Source of the DNA: an uncultured Flavobacteriaceae bacterium
Lineage (GTDB): Bacteria; Bacteroidota; Bacteroidia; Flavobacteriales; Flavobacteriaceae
NCBI GenBank assembly: GCA_947311815.1
Contig: CAMZMA010000136.1
Location: 1 to 35,676, forward strand
Reading direction: 5' to 3'
Length of the DNA: 35,676 nt
Made by a program: the position numbers and the translations under genes
Shown here: positions 19,315 to 28,680 of the stretch, piece by piece
Position numbering within the stretch: the first letter of the stretch is position 1
How the letters are laid out: each line of letters opens with the position of its first letter
Notes under the pieces: model-generated
Database searches by the model: none
Seen by the model: only the letters and a program-made list of their open reading frames with translations
Told to the model about the DNA's origin: nothing

Positions 19315-22191
19315 ATGGCAGACAAAAAACGATTATTTTTATTAGATGCATTTGCATTAATTTTTAGAGGATATTATGCCTTTATCAAAAATCCGAGAAT
19401 CAACTCAAAAGGAATGGACACCTCTGCCATTTTAGGATTTACCAACTCATTGCTAGATGTTATAAAAAGAGAAAAACCAGATCATATTGCCGTTTGTTTT
19501 GATCGTGGCGGTAGTGTTGCCAGAAAAGAAGCGTTTCCAGAGTACAAAGCAAACCGACAAGAAACACCAGAAGCTATTAAAATTGCGGTTCCGTATATCG
19601 AAAAAATATTGAAGGCGATGAATATTCCCTCAATTATTAAAGAAGGTTTTGAAGCCGATGATATTATAGGAACACTCGCTAAAAAAGCTGAAAAAGAGGG
19701 GTATACAACCTTTATGGTAACACCCGATAAAGATTTTGCACAATTGGTTTCTGAAAATATTTTTATGTATCGACCTCGTTTTGGTGGTGGTTATGAAACT
19801 TGGGGGATTAAAGAAGTGCAAGAAAAATTTGGCGTTGTAGAACCACTACAAGTTATTGATTTTTTAGGGATGATGGGTGATGCGTCTGATAATATTCCTG
19901 GATTACCTGGTGTTGGCGAAAAAACCGCCAAAAAATTCTTAGCGGCTTATGGTTCTATGGAAAATCTTTTCGAAAACACGCACGAGCTGAAAGGAAAAAT
20001 GAAAGAAAAGGTAGAGGCTAATAAAGAACTGGGGTTACTTTCTAAAGAATTGGCAACTATTATGTTAGATGTTCCTGTAGAATTTCATGAAGAAGATTTT
20101 GAGTTTTCGCAACCAAATATGGAAGCAATTTCCGAACTTTTTAATGAATTAGAATTTAGACGATTGGCAGAGAATTTACGAAAAACGTATGATACTTCGA
20201 CCCTGTCTGCCGATAGGCAAGATACGCTCAGTACCCAATCGACTACGCTTAGTAGCGAGACCCCTAAAAAACAACCAACTCAACAGGCTAACAATCTAAC
20301 AAACGGACAGTTTGATTTGTTTGCTGCTCCAGGCACAGGTGAGTTTTCTGCTGCCAAAGAAGCAACTATAAATGGGAAAAAAGACCTAAAAAGTGTAGAT
20401 CATTTTTATCAATTAGTAAATACGCCTTTATCAAGAAAATTATTATTAAATAAATTATTGCAACAAAAATCAGTCTGTTTTGATACCGAAACTACAGGTT
20501 TAAAAGCCTTGGAAGTAGAAATTGTAGGCATTTCATTTTCTTGGGAAGCTGGTAAAGGATATTATGTTTCGTTTCCAGAAAATCAAGAAGAAACACAGCA
20601 GATTTTAGAAGAATTTACACCGTTTTTTAATAATAAAGATATCGAAAAAATTGGGCATAATCTAAAATACGATATCAAAGTGTTGTCAAATTACAACATT
20701 AGTGTACAAGGAAAATTGTTTGATACCATGATTGCGCATTATCTCATCAATCCAGATATGAGGCACAATATGGATATTTTAGCAGAAACCTATTTAAACT
20801 ATCAACCTGTTTCTATTACCGAATTGATTGGTAAAAAAGGAAAAAATCAATTATCGATGCGAGAGGTTTCGCTAGAAAAACAAACCGAATATGCCGTAGA
20901 AGATGCAGATATCACCTTACAATTAAAAGAACATTTTACCAAAGAACTCGAAACAGGAAATCTGACCAAATTGTTTAACGATGTAGAAAATCCGCTAGTT
21001 TCTGTACTAACAGCCATGGAAATTGAAGGAATTAATATTGATGTAGATTTCTTAAAAGGTCTGTCGGTAGATTTAGCGAAAGACATTAACTCTTTAGAAC
21101 AAAAAATTTACGAAAAAGCAGGTGAGGAGTTTAATATTTCATCGCCAAAACAATTAGGAATCATCCTTTTTGAAAAATTAAAATTGGTTGATAAACCTAA
21201 AAAAACGAAAACAGGACAGTACAAAACGGGTGAAGAAATTTTGTCTTATCTAGCTAAAGATCATCAAATTATCAAAGATATTTTAAGCTATCGTCAACTC
21301 AAAAAATTACAAAGCACGTATGTTGATGCGTTACCGAATGAAATAAATCCGAAAACACAAAGAATTCATACAAGTTACGCACAAGCTGTGGCAGCAACAG
21401 GAAGATTGAGCTCTAACAATCCGAATTTACAGAACATTCCGATACGTACCGAACGAGGACGACAAGTTAGAAAAGCGTTTATCCCAAGAGATGAAAATCA
21501 CATTTTATTAGCAGCAGATTACAGTCAAATTGAACTGCGAATTATCGCCGCATTAAGTGAAGAAGAAACCATGATACATGCCTTTAAAAATGGCGAAGAT
21601 ATTCATGCTTCTACCGCTGCAAAAGTATTTAATGTTCCGATTGACGAAGTTACTCGAGAGCAACGTAGTAATGCAAAAACCGTTAATTTCGGAATTATTT
21701 ATGGCGTTTCTGCCTTCGGATTGAGCAATCAGACCGATTTAAGCAGATCGGAAGCCAAAGAATTGATTGACACCTATTATGAAACCTATCCGAAGTTAAA
21801 AAATTACATGGCAAAACAGGTAGATTTTGCACGAGATAATGGCTATGTAGAAACGATTTTAGGACGAAGACGTTATTTAAAAAATATCAATTCTAGAAAT
21901 GCGATGGTGCGTTCTGGCGATGAAAGAAATGCGGTAAATGCGCCCATACAAGGATCTGCCGCAGATATTATTAAAATTGCCATGATTCGTATTTACAACC
22001 GATTTGAGCAAGAAAAATTCAAATCTAAAATGTTATTGCAAGTACATGATGAGTTGGTTTTTGATGTGTTAAAAAGCGAATTAGATGTTGTAAAGAACAT
22101 CATCAAACAAGAAATGGAAAATGCTTTTAAAATGTCTGTTCCGTTAGATGTAGAGGTTGGTGTAGGAAATAATTGGTTGGAGGCACATTAA
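19315..22191 (+). CDS. polA: DNA polymerase I
   Basis: 5'-3' exo (EADD, GDASDNIPG), 3'-5' exo (FDTET, HNLKYD, YAVED) and polymerase motifs DYSQIELR, AKTVNFGIIYG, QVHDE. Confidence 0.99.
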   Translation: MADKKRLFLLDAFALIFRGYYAFIKNPRINSKGMDTSAILGFTNSLLDVIKREKPDHIAVCFDRGGSVARKEAFPEYKANRQETPEAIKIAVPYIEKILKAMNIPSIIKEGFEADDIIGTLAKKAEKEGYTTFMVTPDKDFAQLVSENIFMYRPRFGGGYETWGIKEVQEKFGVVEPLQVIDFLGMMGDASDNIPGLPGVGEKTAKKFLAAYGSMENLFENTHELKGKMKEKVEANKELGLLSKELATIMLDVPVEFHEEDFEFSQPNMEAISELFNELEFRRLAENLRKTYDTSTLSADRQDTLSTQSTTLSSETPKKQPTQQANNLTNGQFDLFAAPGTGEFSAAKEATINGKKDLKSVDHFYQLVNTPLSRKLLLNKLLQQKSVCFDTETTGLKALEVEIVGISFSWEAGKGYYVSFPENQEETQQILEEFTPFFNNKDIEKIGHNLKYDIKVLSNYNISVQGKLFDTMIAHYLINPDMRHNMDILAETYLNYQPVSITELIGKKGKNQLSMREVSLEKQTEYAVEDADITLQLKEHFTKELETGNLTKLFNDVENPLVSVLTAMEIEGINIDVDFLKGLSVDLAKDINSLEQKIYEKAGEEFNISSPKQLGIILFEKLKLVDKPKKTKTGQYKTGEEILSYLAKDHQIIKDILSYRQLKKLQSTYVDALPNEINPKTQRIHTSYAQAVAATGRLSSNNPNLQNIPIRTERGRQVRKAFIPRDENHILLAADYSQIELRIIAALSEEETMIHAFKNGEDIHASTAAKVFNVPIDEVTREQRSNAKTVNFGIIYGVSAFGLSNQTDLSRSEAKELIDTYYETYPKLKNYMAKQVDFARDNGYVETILGRRRYLKNINSRNAMVRSGDERNAVNAPIQGSAADIIKIAMIRIYNRFEQEKFKSKMLLQVHDELVFDVLKSELDVVKNIIKQEMENAFKMSVPLDVEVGVGNNWLEAH
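20193..20254. repeat. In-frame composite palindromic repeat plus a degenerate second unit inside polA
   Basis: TACTTCGAC[CCTGTCTGCCGATAGGCAAGA]TACGCTCAGTA followed by TCGACTACGCTTAGTA; near-identical to 2801-2845. Confidence 0.8.
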
Positions 22192-22201
22192 AATCTTCAC
22201 C

Positions 22202-22233
22202 TGCTCTTTGAGCATCTTCCCCGAAGGGGAAGA
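22202..22233 (+). terminator. Tandem hairpins after polA (TGCTC-ttt-GAGCA; TCTTCCCC-gaa-GGGGAAGA)
   Basis: Two adjacent perfect stems 10 nt after the stop codon; weak U-tract, so possibly repeat-derived. Confidence 0.5.
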
Positions 22234-22245
22234 ACTTACTCGGAT

Positions 22246-22393
22246 GTCATTGCGAGGAGGTGGCCTGTACTGAGCGAAGTCGAAGTATGGCAATCTCATC
22301 AAAAAATGAAAAAAATGGAACTCTCTGTCATTCCGACCGTAGTGAAGGAATCTTATAAAGAAAGATTACTTCGTCGTGCCTCCTCGTAATGAC
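22246..22393. repeat. Cluster of GTCATT-headed REP-like elements (22246-22297, 22326-22353, inverted 22363-22393)
   Basis: GTCATTGCGAGGAGG..CAATCT; GTCATTCCGACC..GGAATCT; the third reads GTCATTACGAGGAGGCACGACGAAGTAATCT on the - strand. Confidence 0.8.
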
Positions 22394-22404
22394 GGATATG
22401 AAAA

Positions 22405-24099
22405 ATGAATAAAAAGCAAAATATGTACAACCACTTCCATCATTTTAAAACAAATATTTTAGGGATAAAACTCCCCGAAAAATTTACGTTTCCGTTTTAT
22501 TATGAACCTCATCAATTATGTAAATTAGCAGCGAAAGAGGTACAAGAATATTTAGCAACTCAAACCGATTTTACGCATAATTTTGGGCTAAAAAAAGAGA
22601 ATTCATCAGAAGCTATCGGAAAAATGTTTGGGGTTTTGGTGGTTAAAAATCAACAAGGTGAAATCGGTTTTTTATCGGCATTTTCGGGGATGTTTTCTGA
22701 TAATAGTATTCCTGTTTTTTTTGTACCACCTGTTTTTCATCGGTATCAAAAAGGTAGTTTTTATCCTGTTGGCGAAGGAAAATTAAATCAACTTAATCTT
22801 AAAATTAGTGCTTTAAAAAATAACACTGATTTTATAACTATTCAGCAACAATATCAACAGCAAAAACAGGCAATAGAAACCGAATTACAACAAGAAAAAA
22901 ATCGATTAAAACAAGCGAAAAAAGATAGAAAACAACGCAGAAAAGAAGCAGAAGAAAATCTATCTAAAAGCGAGTTACAAGCATTTTTACAACAATTGCA
23001 ACAAGAAAGTTATAATCAGCAATTTTACCTCAAAGAACTCACCGAATACAAACGGCAACAATTAGCAATTATTGAAAAAAAATGGATTTTTTTTACAGAA
23101 AAATTATCTGAATTAAAAAAGGCAAGAAAAGAGCTTTCTAACACATTACAAGCACAATTATTTGCAAAATATCAGTTTTTGAATCAGCAAAAAGAAACGA
23201 AAGGAGTTGTAGAAATATTTAAAGAACTTCCTGTAAAAACACCTCCTGCGGGTTCGGGTGATTGTGCTGCTCCTAGATTGTTACAATATGCTTTTGCACA
23301 CCATTTACAGCCCATTTGTATGGCAGAATTTTGGTGGGGAACATCGCCTAACAAAGCGATTAGAAAGCATCAGCAATTTTACCCTTCTTGCCAAAGTAGG
23401 TGCAAACCTATTTTAGCACACATGCTTTCTGGCATTGAAATGGATGAAAATCCGTTGTTAAAAAACCCTGCAAAAAACAAAATACTCACTTTTTTATATG
23501 AAGATGATGATTTGGTAGTGATTAATAAACCTGCTGAATTTTTATCAGTCCCTGGAAAAGAAATTACCGATTCGGTTGCAACTAGAATGAAAGCAAAATA
23601 CCCAAATGCAACAGGCCCACTTGTTGTACATCGTTTAGATATGAGTACTTCGGGTATTTTATTGATTGCTAAATCAATGGATATCTATAAAAAATTACAA
23701 AGTCAGTTTATCAATAGAACAGTGAAAAAACGATATGTAGCGGTTTTAGACGGCGTTTTACAAAAAAAATCGGGCACAATGAATTTGCCTCTTCGAGTAG
23801 ATTTAGACGATAGACCCAGACAATTGGTTTGTTTTGAACACGGAAAAGCAGCGACTACAAAATGGAATGTTATTGAAAAAAAAGACGATAAAACACGTGT
23901 GCATTTTTATCCGATTACGGGAAGAACACATCAACTACGTGTACATGCTGCACACTCTTTAGGATTAAATACGCCTATTTTGGGAGATGATTTATACGGC
24001 ACAAAAGCACATCGTTTGCATTTACATGCCGATTATATTGAGTTTGAGCATCCATCAACAAAAAAAAGGATGCAATTTCAAGTAGATGCAAATTTTTAA
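22405..24099 (+). CDS. RluA-family pseudouridine synthase with long N-terminal extension
   Basis: C-terminal INKP, HRLDMSTSG, TGRTHQLRVH, GDDLYG and LHLHA motifs; about 350 aa N-terminal region with a coiled coil. Confidence 0.92.
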   Translation: MNKKQNMYNHFHHFKTNILGIKLPEKFTFPFYYEPHQLCKLAAKEVQEYLATQTDFTHNFGLKKENSSEAIGKMFGVLVVKNQQGEIGFLSAFSGMFSDNSIPVFFVPPVFHRYQKGSFYPVGEGKLNQLNLKISALKNNTDFITIQQQYQQQKQAIETELQQEKNRLKQAKKDRKQRRKEAEENLSKSELQAFLQQLQQESYNQQFYLKELTEYKRQQLAIIEKKWIFFTEKLSELKKARKELSNTLQAQLFAKYQFLNQQKETKGVVEIFKELPVKTPPAGSGDCAAPRLLQYAFAHHLQPICMAEFWWGTSPNKAIRKHQQFYPSCQSRCKPILAHMLSGIEMDENPLLKNPAKNKILTFLYEDDDLVVINKPAEFLSVPGKEITDSVATRMKAKYPNATGPLVVHRLDMSTSGILLIAKSMDIYKKLQSQFINRTVKKRYVAVLDGVLQKKSGTMNLPLRVDLDDRPRQLVCFEHGKAATTKWNVIEKKDDKTRVHFYPITGRTHQLRVHAAHSLGLNTPILGDDLYGTKAHRLHLHADYIEFEHPSTKKRMQFQVDANF

Positions 24100-24147
24100 A
24101 AGTTTTTTTGTAACAATCTGAGTTCAATCGACCTAAGAAAAATTAAC

Positions 24148-25650
24148 TCAAATATCTAAAAAATCTTGCAATACATTAGCTATCTTTCTGTTATCTGACA
24201 ATTGCGGAATTTTATTCTGCCCACCAAATTTACCTATTGATTTCATATAAGCATGAAAACCGCCTTTTTTTACTTTTCTGATGATAAGTGGTCGCAACAC
24301 CTTACCATCAATTAGATCTTGATAATAAATATTTTGCGCTTGCATAGAAGTATCAATTTTTTGTGCAATTTCAGTAAGGTTTTTAGGTTCGTTTTCAAAC
24401 TCAATAAACCATTCATGATACGGTAATTCGTCTTTTTGTGACGGATTTACCTGAGGCGCTACCGTAAATTCACTTACAGTTATATCTGTACCTTTTATTG
24501 CATCGTTCAAGGCTTTTTCTACTTCTTTACCGATTACGTGCTCGCCAAAAGCAGAAATAAAATGTTTGATGCGTCCTGTAACTTTTATTCGGTAAGGTTT
24601 TGTAGAGGTAAACTCAACTGTATCGCCAATATTATAGCCCCACAAACCTGCATTTGTATTTAAAATGATGACGTAATTAACGCCCGTTTTCACCTCTTTT
24701 AACGAAATTCTTGTCGGATTTTCATCAAAAAACGCATCCGCAGGAATAAATTCATAAAAAATACCACTGTTTAATTGTAGCAACATTCCTTTTTCGGTTT
24801 GACTGTCTTGATAAGCAATAAATCCTTCGGATGCTGGATACAGTTCAATATAATCTATCTTTTTACCAATTAAAGATTCGAATTTATTTTTATACGGTTC
24901 AAAATTTACACCTCCGTAAATAAAGAAATTAAAATTAGGAAAAAGTTCTGATACAGATTTCCCTGTTTTTTCTATCAACTTTTCGAAATACATTTGTACC
25001 CAAGACGGAATGCCGCTTATAACCGACATATCTTCATTAATAGTTTCTTTCACGATTGCGTTTACTTTGGTATCCCAATCTTCAATACAATTGGTTTTCC
25101 AACTTGGCAAACGATTTTTTAGCAAATATTGAGGTACATAATGCGCTACAATGCCGCTTAAACGCCCCAATTTTATTCCGTTTTTATCCTCTAAAACAGG
25201 ACTTCCTTGTAAAAAAATCATTTTACCGTTTACAAAACTGGCATCATTTTTTTCGGCAATATAAAGCAACAAAGCGTTTCTTGCTGCTTTGATATGTGTT
25301 GGCATTGATTCTTTGGTAATCGGGATGTATTTTGCCCCCGAAGTTGTGCCTGATGTTTTGGCAAAGTACAGTGGTTTCCCTTTCCACAATACATCTTTTT
25401 CTCCTGCTACAATTCTATCTACATACCTTCTTAACCCTTCATAATCATGAACAGGAACTCTGTTTTTAAAATCGTCATACGTTTTTATGTTTTTAAAATC
25501 ATGATCTTTACCAAAAGCAGTGTTTTTAGCTTCGAAAATTAATTTTTTAAAAACTTTATGTTGTGTTTTATGCGGATTAGATGCCCATTTGTAAACTTTT
25601 TTCTTTACAATTTTAGCAAACGGAACAGCAAATACAGATTTGAGACTCAT
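24148..25650 (-). CDS. GH3 auxin-responsive promoter family protein (adenylating amido-synthetase fold)
   Basis: KTSGTTSGAKYIP, YPASEGF, YNIGD and GQNKIP motifs. Confidence 0.9.
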   Translation of the reverse strand: MSLKSVFAVPFAKIVKKKVYKWASNPHKTQHKVFKKLIFEAKNTAFGKDHDFKNIKTYDDFKNRVPVHDYEGLRRYVDRIVAGEKDVLWKGKPLYFAKTSGTTSGAKYIPITKESMPTHIKAARNALLLYIAEKNDASFVNGKMIFLQGSPVLEDKNGIKLGRLSGIVAHYVPQYLLKNRLPSWKTNCIEDWDTKVNAIVKETINEDMSVISGIPSWVQMYFEKLIEKTGKSVSELFPNFNFFIYGGVNFEPYKNKFESLIGKKIDYIELYPASEGFIAYQDSQTEKGMLLQLNSGIFYEFIPADAFFDENPTRISLKEVKTGVNYVIILNTNAGLWGYNIGDTVEFTSTKPYRIKVTGRIKHFISAFGEHVIGKEVEKALNDAIKGTDITVSEFTVAPQVNPSQKDELPYHEWFIEFENEPKNLTEIAQKIDTSMQAQNIYYQDLIDGKVLRPLIIRKVKKGGFHAYMKSIGKFGGQNKIPQLSDNRKIANVLQDFLDI

Positions 25651-25651
25651 C

Positions 25652-26518
25652 TTATTTAAAATCTATATAATTTAACGGATTTACGGCATATCCTTCGCTC
25701 CACAATTCAAAGTGTAAATGTGGTCCTGTAGTAAGTTCTCCTGTGGCGCCAACATTGGCAATTACTTCGCCAGATTTTACCAAATCTCCTTGTTCTTTTA
25801 GCAATACACCGTTGTGTTTGTAGATAGAAACAAATCCTTTAGGATGTTTAATAATTAGCACATAACCTGTTTCTGAAGTCCATTCTGCAAAAATAACTGT
25901 ACCATCTGTAACCGCTTTTACAGGTGTACCTGTTTTGGCAACAATATCTACTGCAAAATGCTTGTTATTTGCATTAAATTTTTGAGTTAACGTACCTGAA
26001 ATTGGTGCAAAAAAGACAATATTGGTATTGTTTTTGTTATTTAACACAATAGGAAAACGGTCTCTTCTTTCTACTTTTTCTCTAAACAAAGAATCTTCTT
26101 TTGTGGCATATAACTTACTTTCATCAATCACCATTTTAGTCGTTTCGCTTTTTAAAGAATCTATTTTTTCGGCAGTAATTTCTCCTGTCATCACAGACCT
26201 AATTGCTTTGGTGTAATTTTCTAAAACGGCTAATTTTAATTTTAAAGAATCGGCTTCATATACTAATTGAGTAGCTTTCTTTTTTAATTTTGATGATGAA
26301 TATCCTGGAATATATTCTTTAACAGGCGTGTATGCAATAAAAAAAGTAGTTAATGTTACTAATAAAACAGAAAAAACACCTCCTAAAACAAAAACATTTA
26401 ATCGAGACAATTTAAAAGAAAAACGTTCTTCAAAAGTATCATCATTTAAAACTACCAACCTGTATTTATCGGTTAGTTTTTGTTTAAACTTACTTTTGTC
26501 TGATTTAATTTTTGCCAT
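25652..26518 (-). CDS. M23 family metallopeptidase
   Basis: HFAVD and GPHLHFE zinc motifs; N-terminal TM segment and coiled coil. Confidence 0.92.
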   Translation of the reverse strand: MAKIKSDKSKFKQKLTDKYRLVVLNDDTFEERFSFKLSRLNVFVLGGVFSVLLVTLTTFFIAYTPVKEYIPGYSSSKLKKKATQLVYEADSLKLKLAVLENYTKAIRSVMTGEITAEKIDSLKSETTKMVIDESKLYATKEDSLFREKVERRDRFPIVLNNKNNTNIVFFAPISGTLTQKFNANNKHFAVDIVAKTGTPVKAVTDGTVIFAEWTSETGYVLIIKHPKGFVSIYKHNGVLLKEQGDLVKSGEVIANVGATGELTTGPHLHFELWSEGYAVNPLNYIDFK

Positions 26519-26533
26519 AATTTTTTATAAAAA

Positions 26534-26541
26534 CAAATATA
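26534..26541 (-). promoter_or_regulatory. -7 box TATATTTG for the M23-GH3 pair
   Basis: Exact consensus 15 nt upstream of the ATG. Confidence 0.55.
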
Positions 26542-26560
26542 CAACGAAATTTTAGGAGAA

Positions 26561-27145
26561 CTATTTTTTGTAAAAATTCATTTCATCAATATATTTCCAA
26601 ACTGACTCAGAAAGTAACGCTTGCATATTTTTTTTATTTTTTATACCGTTTCTAATCATTGTTGATGAAATTTGAACAATAGGTGCTGCTACTTTATGAA
26701 TTTTTGGGTGCTTAGAAAGCGATACTTCTATTGTTCCATCAGAAATTCTTGGATACACATAAATATGATGATTATCGAGAATTGTTTCGTAGTTTTTCCA
26801 TTTATGAAAGCTTTTCAAATTATCTTCTCCCATGATAAGGCTAAATTTTTTATCAGGATATTTTTCTGATATGTAAGCCAATGTATGTACCGTGTAATTG
26901 GGCTGAGGTAAAGAAAACTCAATATCTGAAGGTTTAATTTTTGGATAGTTTTCTGTAGCAATATCTACCAAGGCAAACCGATGAACATTATCTAACAACG
27001 AGCTTTTTTTCTTAAACGGATTGTGCGGTGTTACAACCATCCAAATTTCATCTAAATCAGAATTTTCTACCATGTGATTGGCAATAATAAGATGCCCGAC
27101 ATGAATGGGGTTGAATGTGCCAAAATACAAGCCGATGTTTTTCAT
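26561..27145 (-). CDS. nadD: Nicotinate-nucleotide adenylyltransferase
   Basis: GTFNPIHVGH, IMGED and ISSTMIR motifs. Confidence 0.96.
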   Translation of the reverse strand: MKNIGLYFGTFNPIHVGHLIIANHMVENSDLDEIWMVVTPHNPFKKKSSLLDNVHRFALVDIATENYPKIKPSDIEFSLPQPNYTVHTLAYISEKYPDKKFSLIMGEDNLKSFHKWKNYETILDNHHIYVYPRISDGTIEVSLSKHPKIHKVAAPIVQISSTMIRNGIKNKKNMQALLSESVWKYIDEMNFYKK

Positions 27146-27175
27146 TTATTTAGCCTTTAAAACCTTGATAAAGTA

Positions 27176-27778
27176 TCACGGTTTTTTTGTTTCTTCTTTA
27201 CTGTTTAAAAAATCACTCACCAATTTTTCAGCGTCTTTTAATGCCGTTTCTAAATGTGTGTTTACTATAATTTTATCAAATTGTGGTGCTGTAGCCATTT
27301 CTATGGATGCTTTTGCCACACGCATGTTTATTTTTTCTTCGGTTTCTGTTTTGCGTTTTTTTAACCTAATTTTTAATACCTCTACACTTGGTGGTTTTAC
27401 AAAAACGGACAACGTTCTTTTCGGGTATTTTCTTTTAATACGAAGTCCTCCTACTACATCAATATCAAAAATAATGTGTTTTTTTTGTGCCCAAATGCGT
27501 TCTACTTCTGTTTTTAGTGTTCCGTAAAAATTATCTCTATACACTTCTTCCCATTCTAAAAACTCATCAGCTTTCATTTTCTTTTTAAAATCTTCTAACG
27601 AAATAAAATAGTAATCTTCACCATCTTTTTCTTCTCCTCTTGGACTTCTAGAAGTTGCCGAAACAGAAAAGGCTAAATTCAGCTTTTCTTGTTGTAATAA
27701 ATGACGAACAATGGTGGTTTTTCCTGAACCAGATGGCGCTGAAAACACAAATAACTTGCCTTCAAATTTTTTAGACAT
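27176..27778 (-). CDS. gmk: Guanylate kinase
   Basis: APSGSGKT, SATSRSPR, DYYF and FYGT motifs; start overlaps the yicC stop (TAATG). Confidence 0.97.
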   Translation of the reverse strand: MSKKFEGKLFVFSAPSGSGKTTIVRHLLQQEKLNLAFSVSATSRSPRGEEKDGEDYYFISLEDFKKKMKADEFLEWEEVYRDNFYGTLKTEVERIWAQKKHIIFDIDVVGGLRIKRKYPKRTLSVFVKPPSVEVLKIRLKKRKTETEEKINMRVAKASIEMATAPQFDKIIVNTHLETALKDAEKLVSDFLNSKEETKKP

Positions 27779-28644
27779 TATAGTACGTTTAAAATTTGTT
27801 CTTTAATTTTTTCTAATTCGTTTTTCATTTGAATTACTGCTTTTTGCATGGGGGCATAATTGGCTTTTGAACCTGTTGTGTTTATTTCTCTACCAATTTC
27901 TTGCACAATAAAACCTAGTTTTTTTCCATTAGAATCTTCACTTGCCAATTCTTGTAAAAAATAGGTTAAATGATTTGTTAAACGCACTTTTTCTTCGTTA
28001 ATATCTAACTTTTCTAAGTAGTAAATTAATTCTTGTTCAAACCTATTTTCATCAAGTTCTACTTTTAAATCGGCAATGGCTTTTTGTAATCGGTCTTTTA
28101 CATGCTCAATTCTTTCATCATCCAAGGCATTTACTTCTGCTAAATATTTTTTAATATTGGTGATTCTTTCTTGAAAATCGATTTCTAAAGAGGCTGCTTC
28201 ATCAATTCTATACTGTACAATTTCTTTGATGGCCTCATCAATTCCTACTTCAATTTGTTGCCATTCATTTTCATCGAGTTCTTCTTTTTCTGCTTTTAGT
28301 GCATCGGGCATTCTTACTGCCATTTTAAGCAATTCAATATCGTCAGAAGTGTTTAATTTTACCACATTTCTAAGCTGATCTATATAATTTGACACGACTC
28401 CTTTATTTATTTGTGTAGAAGTTTCATCGGCAGTTATTTCTATATAAATAGAAAAATCTACCTTTCCTCTCACCAAATGTGCTGCTAATTTTTTACGAAC
28501 CGATAATTCTTTTCCTTTGTAATAAGATGGAATCCGAACATTTAAATCAAGGTTTTTACTATTTAAAGATTTAACTTCAATAGTTACTTTTTTGGTAGGT
28601 AATTGTAGTACAGATTTCCCGTATCCTGTCATAGATTGAATCAT
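27778..28644 (-). CDS. yicC: YicC/YloC family endoribonuclease
   Basis: SMTGYG, RGKVD and GKKLGFIVQEIGREINTTGSK motifs; yicC-gmk adjacency. Confidence 0.94.
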   Translation of the reverse strand: MIQSMTGYGKSVLQLPTKKVTIEVKSLNSKNLDLNVRIPSYYKGKELSVRKKLAAHLVRGKVDFSIYIEITADETSTQINKGVVSNYIDQLRNVVKLNTSDDIELLKMAVRMPDALKAEKEELDENEWQQIEVGIDEAIKEIVQYRIDEAASLEIDFQERITNIKKYLAEVNALDDERIEHVKDRLQKAIADLKVELDENRFEQELIYYLEKLDINEEKVRLTNHLTYFLQELASEDSNGKKLGFIVQEIGREINTTGSKANYAPMQKAVIQMKNELEKIKEQILNVL

Positions 28645-28667
28645 GCAATCAAAATTTTAATGAACCA

Positions 28668-28675
28668 CAAATATA
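28668..28675 (-). promoter_or_regulatory. -7 box TATATTTG for yicC-gmk-nadD
   Basis: Exact consensus 23 nt upstream of the ATG. Confidence 0.6.
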
Positions 28676-28680
28676 CACTT

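Noticed and set aside
22840-23070. Gln/Lys-rich low-complexity stretch as a tandem repeat
   Set aside because: It is coiled-coil coding sequence with no discrete DNA repeat unit.
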